Assembly (NCBI GenBank): GCA_037440925.1
Contig: JBBITF010000006.1
Location: 1-64,000, forward strand
Direction of reading: 5' to 3'
Length of the DNA: 64,000 nt
Source of the DNA: Chloroflexota bacterium
GTDB lineage: Bacteria; Chloroflexota; Anaerolineae; Anaerolineales; Villigracilaceae
Below are positions 1-9,563 of this stretch, in pieces (position 1 is the stretch's first letter; each line of letters begins with the position of its first letter). Made by a program: the position numbers and the translations under genes. The notes under the pieces were generated by a model. That model was given only the letters and a program-made list of their open reading frames with translations. It was not told where the DNA came from and did no database searches.

Positions 1-194
1 GATTTGTCGTATTTCGGTTCGTTTTTAAGGTTCAACGCCTTTGGCGAAACTACAGGATGTAAGTTTGGGTAAATGCTTTCGAGCGCTCCGCCAGCAAGGG
101 GCTTGGATTTGGCAATCCAAGCCAGCGGTTTCCAAGCCGCCATTTTTTTGCTCGTGCGGGTTGCCAAATCCGCACATGCCTCCCTTGTGGGCAA

Positions 195-1346
195 TCACCA
201 ATTTAGCAGGATGACGCCCTGCGCCTGCAAAGATTCGATTTCTTGCTGGCTGAGGCCTATTTCCATCAGCAGCGCGCGCGTGTCGGCGCCCAGGGCCGGC
301 GCTGGGGCGCGCTGCGGGCGGGAGAAGACGAAGGGCGAGTTCATGCCGGCCGCACGTCCTTCCACGCACGAGACATGGCCGCGCGCTTGTACCTGCGGGT
401 GCGAAAGCGCCTGTTCGACGGTGTTGAGCGGCTCGATACACACGTCATGCTCTTTGAACGCTGCCAGCCATTCCGCTTGCGTTTTCTGGCGGAAGATGTC
501 TGCCAGCGTCTCGCCCAAATTGGCCTCGAACTGGCGTCCAATCAAGTCGGGGCGCCCTATCGTTTTACAGAAATCTCCCCAAAAGTTCGGTTCCAGGGCT
601 GCCAGGCTGAGGTATTTGTGGTCGGCTGTTTCGTAGATGTTGAAGCAGGCTTGCCCGCCCAGTAAAGGGTGGCTGCCGGCCGTTACTTCCAGCCCGCTGA
701 AATAGGCGCTAAAAGCCAGCGGCGTCATCCAGGAGAGGACGCCATCCAGCAAGGCGATATCGAGGTACAGGCCTCCCCGCCCGCGTTCGCGGCCGAGCAG
801 CGCGCTCAGGATGGCGATGGCCGCCAGCATTGCGCCGCTCAAGTCGGCCACCGGCAGGCCATAGGGAAGGGGCTTTTCGGCGGGGTGGGCGTTCAAAGCA
901 AGCGCCCCGCCAATCGCCATGTAGTTCAAGTCATGTCCGGCGCGCTGACGGTAGGGGCCTTCTTGTCCGTAGCCGGAGAGCGAGCAATAGACAATGTCTT
1001 CTTTAACCTTTCGCACCGCCTGGTAGCCAATTCCATATTTATCGGCCACGCCGGGGCGGAATCCCTCTAGCACCACATCGGCTGTGGCCGCCAATTGCAA
1101 GAACAGGCGGCGTCCGTGCGGATTACGGTAGTTCAGCGCCAGGCTTTTCTTGCCGCGGTTGAGCGTCTCGTACAGGTTGCCCAGTCCCAGTTCGGGAGGC
1201 GCCAGGCGGGCGTAATCGCCGGCCAGCGGCGTTTCGACTTTGATGACCTCTGCGCCCAAATCGGACAACAATTGCGTGAGATACGGTCCCGGCAGCAAGC
1301 GCGACAGGTCGAGGATGCGAAAGCCGGTCAGGGGAAAGGCGGGCAT
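195..1346 (-). CDS. Family III CoA-transferase (CaiB/BaiF-type)
   Basis: ORF 195..1421. The N-terminal FRILDLSRLLPGPYLTQLLSDLGAEVIKVE is the family III CoA-transferase signature. Start moved to the internal ATG at 1346 (MPAFPLTGF...), 8 nt after the stop of the upstream GNAT gene. Confidence 0.85.
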   Translation of the reverse strand: MPAFPLTGFRILDLSRLLPGPYLTQLLSDLGAEVIKVETPLAGDYARLAPPELGLGNLYETLNRGKKSLALNYRNPHGRRLFLQLAATADVVLEGFRPGVADKYGIGYQAVRKVKEDIVYCSLSGYGQEGPYRQRAGHDLNYMAIGGALALNAHPAEKPLPYGLPVADLSGAMLAAIAILSALLGRERGRGGLYLDIALLDGVLSWMTPLAFSAYFSGLEVTAGSHPLLGGQACFNIYETADHKYLSLAALEPNFWGDFCKTIGRPDLIGRQFEANLGETLADIFRQKTQAEWLAAFKEHDVCIEPLNTVEQALSHPQVQARGHVSCVEGRAAGMNSPFVFSRPQRAPAPALGADTRALLMEIGLSQQEIESLQAQGVILLNW

Positions 1347-1354
1347 GTTTGGGC

Positions 1355-1783
1355 TTACATCTCCAGCGGCTGCGACATGGTAATCAATTCTACGCGTTGC
1401 TGCCAACCGAGGCTTTTCCAAAACGCCAGGCCGGGTTGATTATCGCCCAGGACGAACAAATGACAGCGGTGAATGCCCTGACGCATGAGCGCAAACATGC
1501 AGCGACCTACCAGCGATTTGCCAATGCCTTGCCGGCGGTGAGATTTGCGCACTGCCAGGTTGTGGATGTAACCGTGCCGTCCATCGCTGCCGCATAAGGC
1601 CGCGCCGACGATTTCTCCCTTATCCAATGCTACGAAACTCAGGTCGGGGTTATGCTCCAAAAAGCGTTTGACGCTCTCGCGCGAGTCGTCTTCGCTGTTC
1701 AACTTCAGGCCTTCGCTTTCCTTCCAGAGCGCGTAGACAACATCGTAGTCGTGAATGCTCATTTCACGCAATTCGACTTTCAT
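1355..1783 (-). CDS. GNAT family N-acetyltransferase
   Basis: ORF 1355..1840. The motif RRQGIGKSLV matches the acetyl-CoA-binding Q/RxxGxG/A motif. The internal ATG at 1783 (MKVELREMSI) is preceded by AAGGAGGG. Confidence 0.8.
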   Translation of the reverse strand: MKVELREMSIHDYDVVYALWKESEGLKLNSEDDSRESVKRFLEHNPDLSFVALDKGEIVGAALCGSDGRHGYIHNLAVRKSHRRQGIGKSLVGRCMFALMRQGIHRCHLFVLGDNQPGLAFWKSLGWQQRVELITMSQPLEM

Positions 1784-1937
1784 GCTGCCCTCCTTTAACT
1801 TGAGACGAAAGGTACCTCTCTGCACGCTTGCCCAAAGCACAGCAACAAGTAAGAAGTTTGGCTAACCAAACAGACACAGGGTCCATCCCAAAGGTTGAGA
1901 GCAAAAGCGGCCTTGATTTCCCAGAACCTTCGGGACG

Positions 1938-2786
1938 TTACTGATAGACGTAGAAACCTCTTCCCGATTTCCTGCCCAGATAGCCTGCATCTACCATCTT
2001 TTTCAACAAGTAGGCGGGGCGGTATTTGTCATCGCCCAGGTCGCGCTGCAAGATTTCCATCACGTTCAACACTACGTCTAGCCCAATCAGGTCGGCCAGG
2101 GTGAGGGGACCCATGGGGTGATTCATGCCTAGCTTCATTACCTGGTCAATGGCTTCGGGCGTGCCAATGCCTTCTTGCAAGGCGAAAATGGCTTCATTGA
2201 TCATCGGGCAAAGGATACGGTTAGAGATGAAACCGGGGGCGTCGTTGGCTTCGACGGGCGTCTTCCCCAGGCGTTGACAGACCTGGAAGACGGTATCGCG
2301 CGTTTCATCGCTGGTGGCCAGGCCGCGGATGACCTCTACCAGTTTCATCAGCGGCACCGGGTTCATAAAGTGCATCCCAATCACTTTATCGGGGCGGGCG
2401 GTGGCGGCAGCCAGTTTGGTGATGCTGATGGAGGAGGTATTGCTCGCCAGGATGACCCCTGCGCGCGCCTTTTCGTCCAATTCTCTGAAGAGGCGGAATT
2501 TCAATTCTGGGTTCTCGCTGGCGGCTTCAATGACCAGGTCGGCCTCGCCGACTGTCGCCAGGTCTGAAACGAAGGCGATTTGTTCTGTCGCCGCCTTTTG
2601 CTCTGGGGTCAGGCTGCCTTTTTCGAGCAGTTTAGCGGTGGACTTGGCAATGGCGGCTTTGGCTTTTTCGAGAGCCGCCGGCAAGATGTCCATGCATGTG
2701 ACGCGGTAGCCGCAGGTGGCTGCGGTTTGAGCAATGCCGTTTCCCATCGTACCGGCGCCCACCACGAAGATGTGTTCGATTGTCAT
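1938..2786 (-). CDS. hbd: 3-hydroxybutyryl-CoA dehydrogenase
   Basis: Rossmann motif [13 protein letters not shown] at the N-terminus and full-length similarity in style to the Hbd/HADH family. ATG at 2786 ([12 protein letters not shown]) lies behind GGGAGA. Confidence 0.9.
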   Translation of the reverse strand: MTIEHIFVVGAGTMGNGIAQTAATCGYRVTCMDILPAALEKAKAAIAKSTAKLLEKGSLTPEQKAATEQIAFVSDLATVGEADLVIEAASENPELKFRLFRELDEKARAGVILASNTSSISITKLAAATARPDKVIGMHFMNPVPLMKLVEVIRGLATSDETRDTVFQVCQRLGKTPVEANDAPGFISNRILCPMINEAIFALQEGIGTPEAIDQVMKLGMNHPMGPLTLADLIGLDVVLNVMEILQRDLGDDKYRPAYLLKKMVDAGYLGRKSGRGFYVYQ

Positions 2787-2850
2787 GTCTTCTCCCGTTG
2801 GGTAGTTCAATCGTCCTATGGCCGGAAGAGTCGGATAGCCGCAAGCCTGC

Positions 2851-4050
2851 CTATTCGACTTCTATCGCCATGGCTACGGCCTCTGCCCCGCCCAGGCAGA
2901 GCGAGGCAATGCCGCGCTTCAGGCCGCGGTCTTTGAGCGCATAGATGAGGGTGGTCAGCACGCGCGCGCCGCTGGCCCCGATGGGGTGCCCCAGGGCGAT
3001 TGCGCCGCCATGCACGTTGACCTTGTTCCAGTCCCAGCCCAGGTCTTTCAAGGCGTAACCGTCTGCCAAAACCTGGGCGGCAAAGGCCTCGTTCAGCTCG
3101 ATGAGGTCTACTTCCTTCAGCGTCCAGTTGACCTTTTTCAGCAATTTGGGAATTGCCAGGGCCGGCGCGCGGAACAGATATTTCGGCTCGTCTGCGGCTT
3201 GATCGTAGCCAACGATGCGCGCCAGCGGCTTTAGGTCCTTCTCTTCGGCGTATGCGCGGCTGGCAACGACGAGCGCCGCTGCGCCGTCATTGAGGCCGGG
3301 CGCGTTGCCGGCCGTGACTTTGCCGTCCTTTTGGAAGGCGGGTTTCAGAGCGGCGAGAGTCTCCGGCGTGGTATCGCGGCGAGGCGTCTCATCGGTGTCG
3401 AAGAGGGTCGTCCCTTTCTTGCTGACCAGTTCCACCGGAACGATCTCGGCCTTGAACTTACCACTATCTATGGCGGCAATGGATTTTTGGTGGCTTTGAT
3501 AGGCAAACTGATCCATCGCTTCGCGGGAGACGCTATACTCTTGGGCGATGAATTCCGCCGAGTCACCCATGCTCCAATCTTCGAAGGGGTCCCACAAGCC
3601 ATCGTATTGCAGCGCGTCCACCAGGGTTACGTTGCCAAAACGCAACTCGCCGCTGCGGCCGCGAAGCAGGAAGGGAGCGCGGCTCATGCTTTCCATCCCG
3701 CCTGCCACAAAGAGACGGCCATCCCCCGCGCGGATGGCTTGGGCGGCCAGCATCACCGCTTTCAGCCCCGAGCCGCATACCTTGTTCAAGGTGGTAGCGC
3801 CCACAGAGACCGGCAGGCCGGCAAAAATGGCTGCCTGACGAGCCGGGTTTTGTCCCAAGCCGGCCGAAACCACGTTGCCCATCAGCACTTCATCTATCTC
3901 AGCCGCATTGGGAATGTTTGCTCGTTCGACCGCAGCCTTGACCACAATGGCCCCCAACTTTGGCGCAGTGAGTCCAGACAAACTGCCCTGAAAGCGCCCG
4001 CTGGGCGTGCGCACAGCAGAAAGAATGACGGCTTCCTTCTCTTTACTCAT
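2851..4050 (-). CDS. Acetyl-CoA acetyltransferase (thiolase II)
   Basis: ORF 2851..4251. Thiolase motifs are [11 protein letters not shown] (active-site Cys), [19 protein letters not shown] and CLGGAEAVA. The real start is taken at ATG 4050 ([16 protein letters not shown]); the 67 codons upstream look non-coding. Confidence 0.9.
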   Translation of the reverse strand: MSKEKEAVILSAVRTPSGRFQGSLSGLTAPKLGAIVVKAAVERANIPNAAEIDEVLMGNVVSAGLGQNPARQAAIFAGLPVSVGATTLNKVCGSGLKAVMLAAQAIRAGDGRLFVAGGMESMSRAPFLLRGRSGELRFGNVTLVDALQYDGLWDPFEDWSMGDSAEFIAQEYSVSREAMDQFAYQSHQKSIAAIDSGKFKAEIVPVELVSKKGTTLFDTDETPRRDTTPETLAALKPAFQKDGKVTAGNAPGLNDGAAALVVASRAYAEEKDLKPLARIVGYDQAADEPKYLFRAPALAIPKLLKKVNWTLKEVDLIELNEAFAAQVLADGYALKDLGWDWNKVNVHGGAIALGHPIGASGARVLTTLIYALKDRGLKRGIASLCLGGAEAVAMAIEVE

Positions 4051-4351
4051 GTGTCTCTCCTTGGGAAAATGCTGGATTACATCATTTATTATAGCGTGAA
4101 TTGTGAAAAAAACGTAATTGCTGTGGCTCTCTTCCTTGTAATCTCTCATCACACAAGCCAAAACCCTTGGGTTGCGTCTGTCAGAATCAAAAAGGCTCCA
4201 ACCCCAGAGATGCAAAATCTTTTTAACACAAAGGAACGGCGGAAGAGCCAAAAATTTGCGACTCTGCGTCTCTGGGTGAGCCTAATTTCTTCTTACTTGC
4301 CTGCGCTGTATGCAGGCGCATGTGTGCAAGAAGGTATCTCTGCCTGCCTGA

Positions 4352-4909
4352 TTACTCCTCGCTTCCTTTCGGCACGAAATACACATCCGTTGGCTTCAAC
4401 TTGGAATTACGCAGGAAGCGCGGGCGTACCTCCATGCCGATCCAATCCAGCGAGGGGGCGGCAGGATCCACGCCCATCAAGCGTGTCAGCAGCAGCGTGT
4501 TCACGCCCTCGAATTCGATGAGGGCCAGCACAAACGGCGTCTCGGGCAGGAACTCCTCCGAACCGAAGTAGCAGACGGTGAAGGCGTGAATCTTGGCAGG
4601 CACATTCGTGATGTCAACCCATTTGGTCTCTACACCCGAATACATGTCGTGGCCGCGCGGGTTGGCGTAGGTATAGCCGCTTTGGGGGTCGCGCGAAGCC
4701 AGCAGTCGCTTGTTGGTCAGCGCCGCGAACCAGGGGCTGTCTTGTCCGTAAGAGTGCAAATAGGTAATTTTATATTCCTGCTCGATTTGAATGGGCGCCA
4801 TCTTCTTCAGAAATTCCAGCGCCTCCTCGTCCGTGCTAAGCGGGAACGGTACACCGTGAACGATGTAGCCGCCCAGAGCCTCTTGGCGTTGTGTTGGTAG
4901 TTTAGCCAT
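4352..4909 (-). CDS. DUF35/OB-fold acyl-CoA-associated protein (partner of SCP-x-type thiolase)
   Basis: The C-terminal part (KIHAFTVCYFG...PFVLALIEFEGV...IGMEVRPRF) fits the DUF35 OB-fold. AGGAG RBS. It lies immediately downstream of the thiolase-like gene. No CxxC zinc-ribbon cysteines are visible. Confidence 0.7.
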   Translation of the reverse strand: MAKLPTQRQEALGGYIVHGVPFPLSTDEEALEFLKKMAPIQIEQEYKITYLHSYGQDSPWFAALTNKRLLASRDPQSGYTYANPRGHDMYSGVETKWVDITNVPAKIHAFTVCYFGSEEFLPETPFVLALIEFEGVNTLLLTRLMGVDPAAPSLDWIGMEVRPRFLRNSKLKPTDVYFVPKGSEE

Positions 4910-4976
4910 GTGAGTTTTCTCCTTACGCTTTACCCATTACGTTTTACTGCCATAAAGCGTGAAATGTGAAACGAAA

Positions 4977-6341
4977 CTAACCTTCTCTTTCCAGCACCGA
5001 AACGGTGACATACGTCCCCGTCCCCGCGTGGCTGTGGATCGCGCCCCGCTTCGCGTCCTTGACTTGAAGCGCGTCGTCGTTGAAATGTTTTTTGATTGCC
5101 CCCTGGAGTTGCCAGATGGCGAACACGGCCTGCATCAGTCCCGTCGCGCCGACGGGGTGTCCGCAGGCGATCAACCCACCGGACGGATTCACCGCACACC
5201 GACTCTTCTCTTTCAACTTCAAGCCATAGTCAATGTTCGGGAGGAAGGCTTTACCCGACGCGGCGAACGGTCCGCCCTCACCGTAGCGGCAGAGACCGAG
5301 GTCTTCGTAGGTCTGGATTTCGGACGATGTGTAGGCGTCGTGCAATTCCACGAAGTCGAGTTCGTTCAGCGGGTCTTTGATGCCCGCGTGTTTCCAGGCC
5401 ATGTTGCCCGCCGTGCGCCCCGCGCGGAACGAGTGAACGCCGGGGTAGCGCGTGCCGTGATCCCAAAGTTTTTTGTAGTAGGCGCGCGTTTCGTCCGAGG
5501 ATTTCTCCTGCTCGGTGGCGTAGTCGCGCATGAAGGTGTCGTAGTCCACGTGCGGACGGTCGGCCATGCGCATGGCGTCGGTGCCGCGGCCGATGCCCGT
5601 CACGCGCACGAGCGGACGCGGAATCTTCGCGCCGGCGGCCTCCAGTTTTTTGAGTCCCTCCTCCGAGACGAGAATGGTCGCGGCCGCGCCGTCGGACATC
5701 ACGCAAATGTCGAGGCGGGTGAGCGGCCAGGCCACCATCGGCGCATTGCGGACATCCGCGATAGTGTAGCGATTACGCTTCTGCGCGTATGGGTTATGGA
5801 AGGCGTTGATGTGATTCTTCACGCTGACGTGCGCCATCTGCTCCACAGTGGTGCCAAACTCCTTCATGTGGCGCGTCACCATCATGGCGTAGTAGCCAGA
5901 ATAAAAACCTCCGACGGGATAGTCAAAAGACACGTCGGAGGCAAGCGCGATGAATTCATTTCCTTTCCACGTTTCCACGTGAGACATGGTCTCGAAGCCG
6001 TAGGCCACACACACGTCCATGTGGCCGCTGGCGACCGACTTCCACGCTTCCTGGAAGCACAGACCGCCTGTCGCGCCGCCGCCCTCCACGCGATGACTGG
6101 GTTTCGGGCAAAGACCGAGGTAGTCCTGCGCCATGATGCCAGCCATCAACTGGCGGGCGAAATGATCCGAGAAGTACGAGGCAACCGAACCATCCACGAT
6201 GCGCGTGAAGGTCGGGAAGTCCAGGCCAATGTCGGCGATGGCATAGTCGTATGCCTCCTTGATGATGGCCTGGAAGGTCTTGTCGGGGCGGGCTTTGGCA
6301 AACTTGGATACCCCCCCTGAGATTGCGTATACGGGTCTCAT
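4977..6341 (-). CDS. Thiolase-like protein (SCP-x / nonspecific lipid-transfer-type thiolase)
   Basis: ORF 4977..6431. C-terminal motif NPSGGLIACGHPVGATGL. Start at ATG 6341 (MRPVYAISGGVSKF) is preceded by AAAGGAGG. Confidence 0.8.
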   Translation of the reverse strand: MRPVYAISGGVSKFAKARPDKTFQAIIKEAYDYAIADIGLDFPTFTRIVDGSVASYFSDHFARQLMAGIMAQDYLGLCPKPSHRVEGGGATGGLCFQEAWKSVASGHMDVCVAYGFETMSHVETWKGNEFIALASDVSFDYPVGGFYSGYYAMMVTRHMKEFGTTVEQMAHVSVKNHINAFHNPYAQKRNRYTIADVRNAPMVAWPLTRLDICVMSDGAAATILVSEEGLKKLEAAGAKIPRPLVRVTGIGRGTDAMRMADRPHVDYDTFMRDYATEQEKSSDETRAYYKKLWDHGTRYPGVHSFRAGRTAGNMAWKHAGIKDPLNELDFVELHDAYTSSEIQTYEDLGLCRYGEGGPFAASGKAFLPNIDYGLKLKEKSRCAVNPSGGLIACGHPVGATGLMQAVFAIWQLQGAIKKHFNDDALQVKDAKRGAIHSHAGTGTYVTVSVLEREG

Positions 6342-6630
6342 CAGCAAACCTCCTTTGGAATGGGAATGGGGGTATTGTAATAGAAAATAGGGGAGATGCA
6401 ACATAAAAATTGTCGAAGATGATATTATCAAGGATGCAAAAAAACACGAAAGAAGAAAAAATAGGCGCAGGTGTGTTCATGAAATATGCCGAGCGGATTT
6501 TGACGGTTCCTTCTGAGATCACGAACGATCCGATTTCGAAAATGGAAGTCTATCGCCTTGCTCTTTTTGTGGGCGACATTGGCTGGCATGATGTTCTCGT
6601 GGCCTCCAAAGAAATATTTATTCACGATGA

Positions 6631-6736
6631 GTCGGCAGGGGATAAATCCCTGCCTCAGTACATGGAAGTCGGCTCAAGCCGACTCGCCCATCAGTCCGAA
6701 GGACTTCCATGAACTGAGCAGGGGCTTCAGCCCCGC
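6631..6736. repeat. Array of nested GC-rich hairpins (REP/MITE-like structured element)
   Basis: Four local hairpins are visible: GGCAGGG-N7-CCCTGCC (6634-6654), GTCGGC-tcaa-GCCGAC (6668-6683), GTCC-gaa-GGAC, and GGGGC-ttca-GCCCC (6721-6734). A roughly 21-bp imperfect long-range inverted repeat joins 6649-6670 to 6702-6722. Confidence 0.5.
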
Positions 6737-6887
6737 GAATATCATCACCAACGCAAAAACGCCATCCGCGAAGAACAAGCCGAATATATCACCTCACTAC
6801 CATCAACCTTCGACATCGATTCAGAAGTGCCAATGCCTTAAAACCTTCTTTCGTCTTTCATCTTTCTTCTCATCAACGGAGACTCCC

Positions 6888-8582
6888 ATGCTCTTCAACC
6901 CCAACAGCCCCTCCCGCTTCTACCCCGACGAAACCTCCCGCCAGATCATGCTCAAAACCATCGCCTTCTTTGAGTCAAAGGGCAAGCAAAAAATCAAAGA
7001 AGACGACCGCAAGCGCGTCTGGTACGCGGACTTCCTCAACTTCCAGAAAAAAGAAAAACTCTTCGCCACGCTCCTCACGCCCACGCCCTACGGCGGCGCG
7101 GACGCGCGCTGGGACACCTGGCGCAACTGCGAGTTCAACGAAATCCTCGGCTTCTATGGCTTGGCGTATTGGTACACGTGGCAGGTGTCCATCCTCGGGC
7201 TGGGACCCATCTGGATGTCCAGCAACGAGGCGCTCAAGCGCAAGGCCGCGCAACTGCTCAGCGACGGGGAAGTCTTTGCCTTCGGTCTCTCGGAGCGCGA
7301 ACACGGGGCGGACATCTACGCCACCGAGATGACCCTCACCCCTCAGCCCGACGGCACGTACCTGGCCAACGGCGAAAAATATTACATTGGCAACGGCAAC
7401 GTCGCGCCGATGGTCTCCACCTTCGGCAAGTTCGCCAACACGGGCGAGTACGTTTTCTTCGCGGCCGATTACCGTCACCGCAACTACAACCTGATCAAGA
7501 ACGTCACCGACAGCCAATCCTACGTCGCCAACTTCGCGCTGACCGACTACCCCATCACCGAAGCGGACATCCTCCACCGCGGACAGGACGCCTGGGACGC
7601 GGCGCTGAACACGGTCAACATCGGGAAGTACAACCTGGGCTGGGCCTCGATCGGAATCTGCACCCACGCCTTTTACGAGGCCATCCACCACGCTTCGCAC
7701 CGACGCCTGTACGGGTTCGCCGTCACCGACTTTCCCCACGTCCGCGGCATGTTCACCGACGCCTGGGCGCGTCTCGTGGCGATGAAACTTTTTACCCTGC
7801 GCGCCGCCGACTACATGCGCGCCGCCTCGCCCGATGACCGCCGCTACCTGCTCTACAATCCGACCGTCAAGATGAAGGTGACCACCCAGGGCGAGGAAGT
7901 CATCAACCTGCTGTGGGACGTGATCGCCGCCAAGGGCTTTGAGAAGGACATGTACTTCGAGATGGCCGCGCGTGACATCCGTGCCCTGCCCAAACTCGAA
8001 GGGACGGTACATGTCAACATCGCGCTCATCGTCAAATTCATGGCCAATTACTTTTTCTCCCCTCGCGAGTATCCGCCCGTGCTGACGCGCAGCGAGGCCG
8101 CCAACGACAACTTCCTCTTCCATCAGGGCCCCGCCAAGGGACTCGGCAAGATCCAATTCCACGATTACAACCTGGCCTACGGACTCTACGACCTGCCCAA
8201 CATCCGTCTCTTCCGCGAGCAGATCGAGACGCTGAAACTCTTCCTCGCCACTGCCACGCCCAGCGACGCCCAGCAAAAGGACACGGATTTCCTCCTCGCT
8301 TTGGGCGAACTTTTCACGCTGGTCGTCTACGGTCAACTCATCCTCGAGAACGCGCGTCTCTATCAAATTGACGACGACATCGTTGACCAGATCTTCGACT
8401 TCATGGTGCGCGACTTCTCCAAGTACGCCCTGGGACTCTACAGCAAACCCAGCGCCACGCCTCAACAGATGGACTTGTGCCTCAAGATGATCCACAAGCC
8501 CGTGGTCGCCATGTCCCGCTTCGAACGCGTTTGGCAGAACTCCGTGTTCTCATTGTGCGACGCGTACGAGATGAAATCGTAA
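6888..8582 (+). CDS. Acyl-CoA dehydrogenase family protein (long, about 564 aa)
   Basis: ORF 6558..8582. ACAD-like segments include GLSEREHGADI, GEKYYIGNG and FEMAARDIRALPKLEGTVHVN. The first plausible start is ATG 6888 (MLFNPNSP); upstream ORF codons run through the hairpin element. Confidence 0.8.
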   Translation: MLFNPNSPSRFYPDETSRQIMLKTIAFFESKGKQKIKEDDRKRVWYADFLNFQKKEKLFATLLTPTPYGGADARWDTWRNCEFNEILGFYGLAYWYTWQVSILGLGPIWMSSNEALKRKAAQLLSDGEVFAFGLSEREHGADIYATEMTLTPQPDGTYLANGEKYYIGNGNVAPMVSTFGKFANTGEYVFFAADYRHRNYNLIKNVTDSQSYVANFALTDYPITEADILHRGQDAWDAALNTVNIGKYNLGWASIGICTHAFYEAIHHASHRRLYGFAVTDFPHVRGMFTDAWARLVAMKLFTLRAADYMRAASPDDRRYLLYNPTVKMKVTTQGEEVINLLWDVIAAKGFEKDMYFEMAARDIRALPKLEGTVHVNIALIVKFMANYFFSPREYPPVLTRSEAANDNFLFHQGPAKGLGKIQFHDYNLAYGLYDLPNIRLFREQIETLKLFLATATPSDAQQKDTDFLLALGELFTLVVYGQLILENARLYQIDDDIVDQIFDFMVRDFSKYALGLYSKPSATPQQMDLCLKMIHKPVVAMSRFERVWQNSVFSLCDAYEMKS

Positions 8583-8592
8583 AGGAAACCCT

Positions 8593-9495
8593 ATGCCTAC
8601 CTATCCCCTCTACCAGGTGGATGCCTTCACCACTCGCCCCCTCGGCGGGAACCCCTGCGCGGTAGTCTTCGACTGCGCAGACCTGGACGACGCTACCATG
8701 CTGGCAATCGCCAGGGAGATGAACCTGTCGGAGACGGCTTTCGTCTGGCGCAAAGCGGACGGTCGCTTTCGGGCGCGCTACTTCACCCCGGCCGAGGAGA
8801 TTCCCCTGGCCGGGCATCCCACCATTGCCACCCTCTACGCGCTGGTGGATTCGGGACGCCTGGCGCTGGGCGGCGACTATCTCAAGATGCCGCTCGACTT
8901 GCGGGATGGCCCGATTGACGTGGAAATCTTTGCAAAAGGCGGCAAAGTGGAACGCATCGTCATGTCGCAGCGCAAGCCGCAGTTCCTGTCCACGCATCCT
9001 CCTGCCGATGTTTTGCCTGCTTTTGGCCTTGACGAATCTGACTTGCTGCCCGGCGCCGTCATCCAGACCGTCAGCACCGGCACGCCCCAGATCATGATCC
9101 CGCTCAAAGGACACGCCTCCCTGCGCAAAGCCGTGCTGGATGTCGAGAAGTACACCGCCCTGCGCGCCAGCAGCGACTTCTTCAGCCCCCACCTGTTCTG
9201 CCTGGCAGGTGTGGAGCAGGGCGCAACCTTCGCCCGTCACTTCGGCGTGCCGCCCGACACCCCCGAAGACCCCTTCACCGGCTCGGCCACCGGCGGCATG
9301 GCGGCCTACCTGTGGCGTTACGGCTTGATCGCTTCCCCGACCTTCCTGGCCGAGCAGGGACATTGGATGGGACGCCCCGGCCGGGCGTATGTCGAAGTGA
9401 TTGGTCCGCGCAATGCGATCGAAACGGTCAAGGTTGGCGGCAGCGCCGTCACCGTGTTGCGAGGCGAACTCACGCTTCCCACAGCCAATGCCTGA
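8593..9495 (+). CDS. PhzF family isomerase
   Basis: The N-terminal LYQVDAFTTRPLGGNPCAVVFD and the internal ETAF motif are typical of the PhzF/YddE family. Confidence 0.85.
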   Translation: MPTYPLYQVDAFTTRPLGGNPCAVVFDCADLDDATMLAIAREMNLSETAFVWRKADGRFRARYFTPAEEIPLAGHPTIATLYALVDSGRLALGGDYLKMPLDLRDGPIDVEIFAKGGKVERIVMSQRKPQFLSTHPPADVLPAFGLDESDLLPGAVIQTVSTGTPQIMIPLKGHASLRKAVLDVEKYTALRASSDFFSPHLFCLAGVEQGATFARHFGVPPDTPEDPFTGSATGGMAAYLWRYGLIASPTFLAEQGHWMGRPGRAYVEVIGPRNAIETVKVGGSAVTVLRGELTLPTANA

Positions 9496-9563
9496 CGGCC
9501 TCGCGAGGAAAATGGAATGGGTGCTTACACCTGCGCAGATGTATAATTCTGGTAGAGGTGACG

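Noticed and set aside
1-194. Possible small gene or terminator downstream of the CoA-transferase gene (hairpins CTTGGATT-tggc-AATCCAAG and GTGCGG-N10-CCGCAC)
   Set aside because: ORF 25..441 overlaps the CoA-transferase gene and has no support. The hairpins are not followed by a T-tract on the - strand, so a terminator call is not justified.
3331-4521. 396-aa ORF on the + strand, together with the 453-aa + strand ORF at 4959-6320
   Set aside because: Both are antisense shadows of the thiolase, DUF35 and thiolase-like genes on the - strand.
6410-6712. 100-aa ORF in the divergent intergenic region (MKYAERILTVPSEITNDPISKMEVYRLALFVG...)
   Set aside because: There is no convincing RBS and the composition is atypically AT-rich. 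Its C-terminal third is simply a read-through of the hairpin repeat element, and no domain is recognisable. It may deserve a proteomics check but is not supportable as a gene.
6975-8495. 506-aa ORF on the - strand
   Set aside because: It is entirely antisense to the well-supported ACAD gene (6888-8582). The composition is Arg/Gly/Val/Ala-rich, typical of GC-rich antisense frames, and there are no motifs or RBS.
9312-9563. 84-codon N-terminal extension of the RHH/GT-C ORF, and similar extensions at 2851..4251, 6558..6887, 20334..20615 and 21533..21691
   Set aside because: The extensions overlap upstream genes or intergenic repeats and have Arg/Pro/Gly-rich non-protein-like composition. Internal starts have an RBS or begin exactly at the conserved family N-termini.
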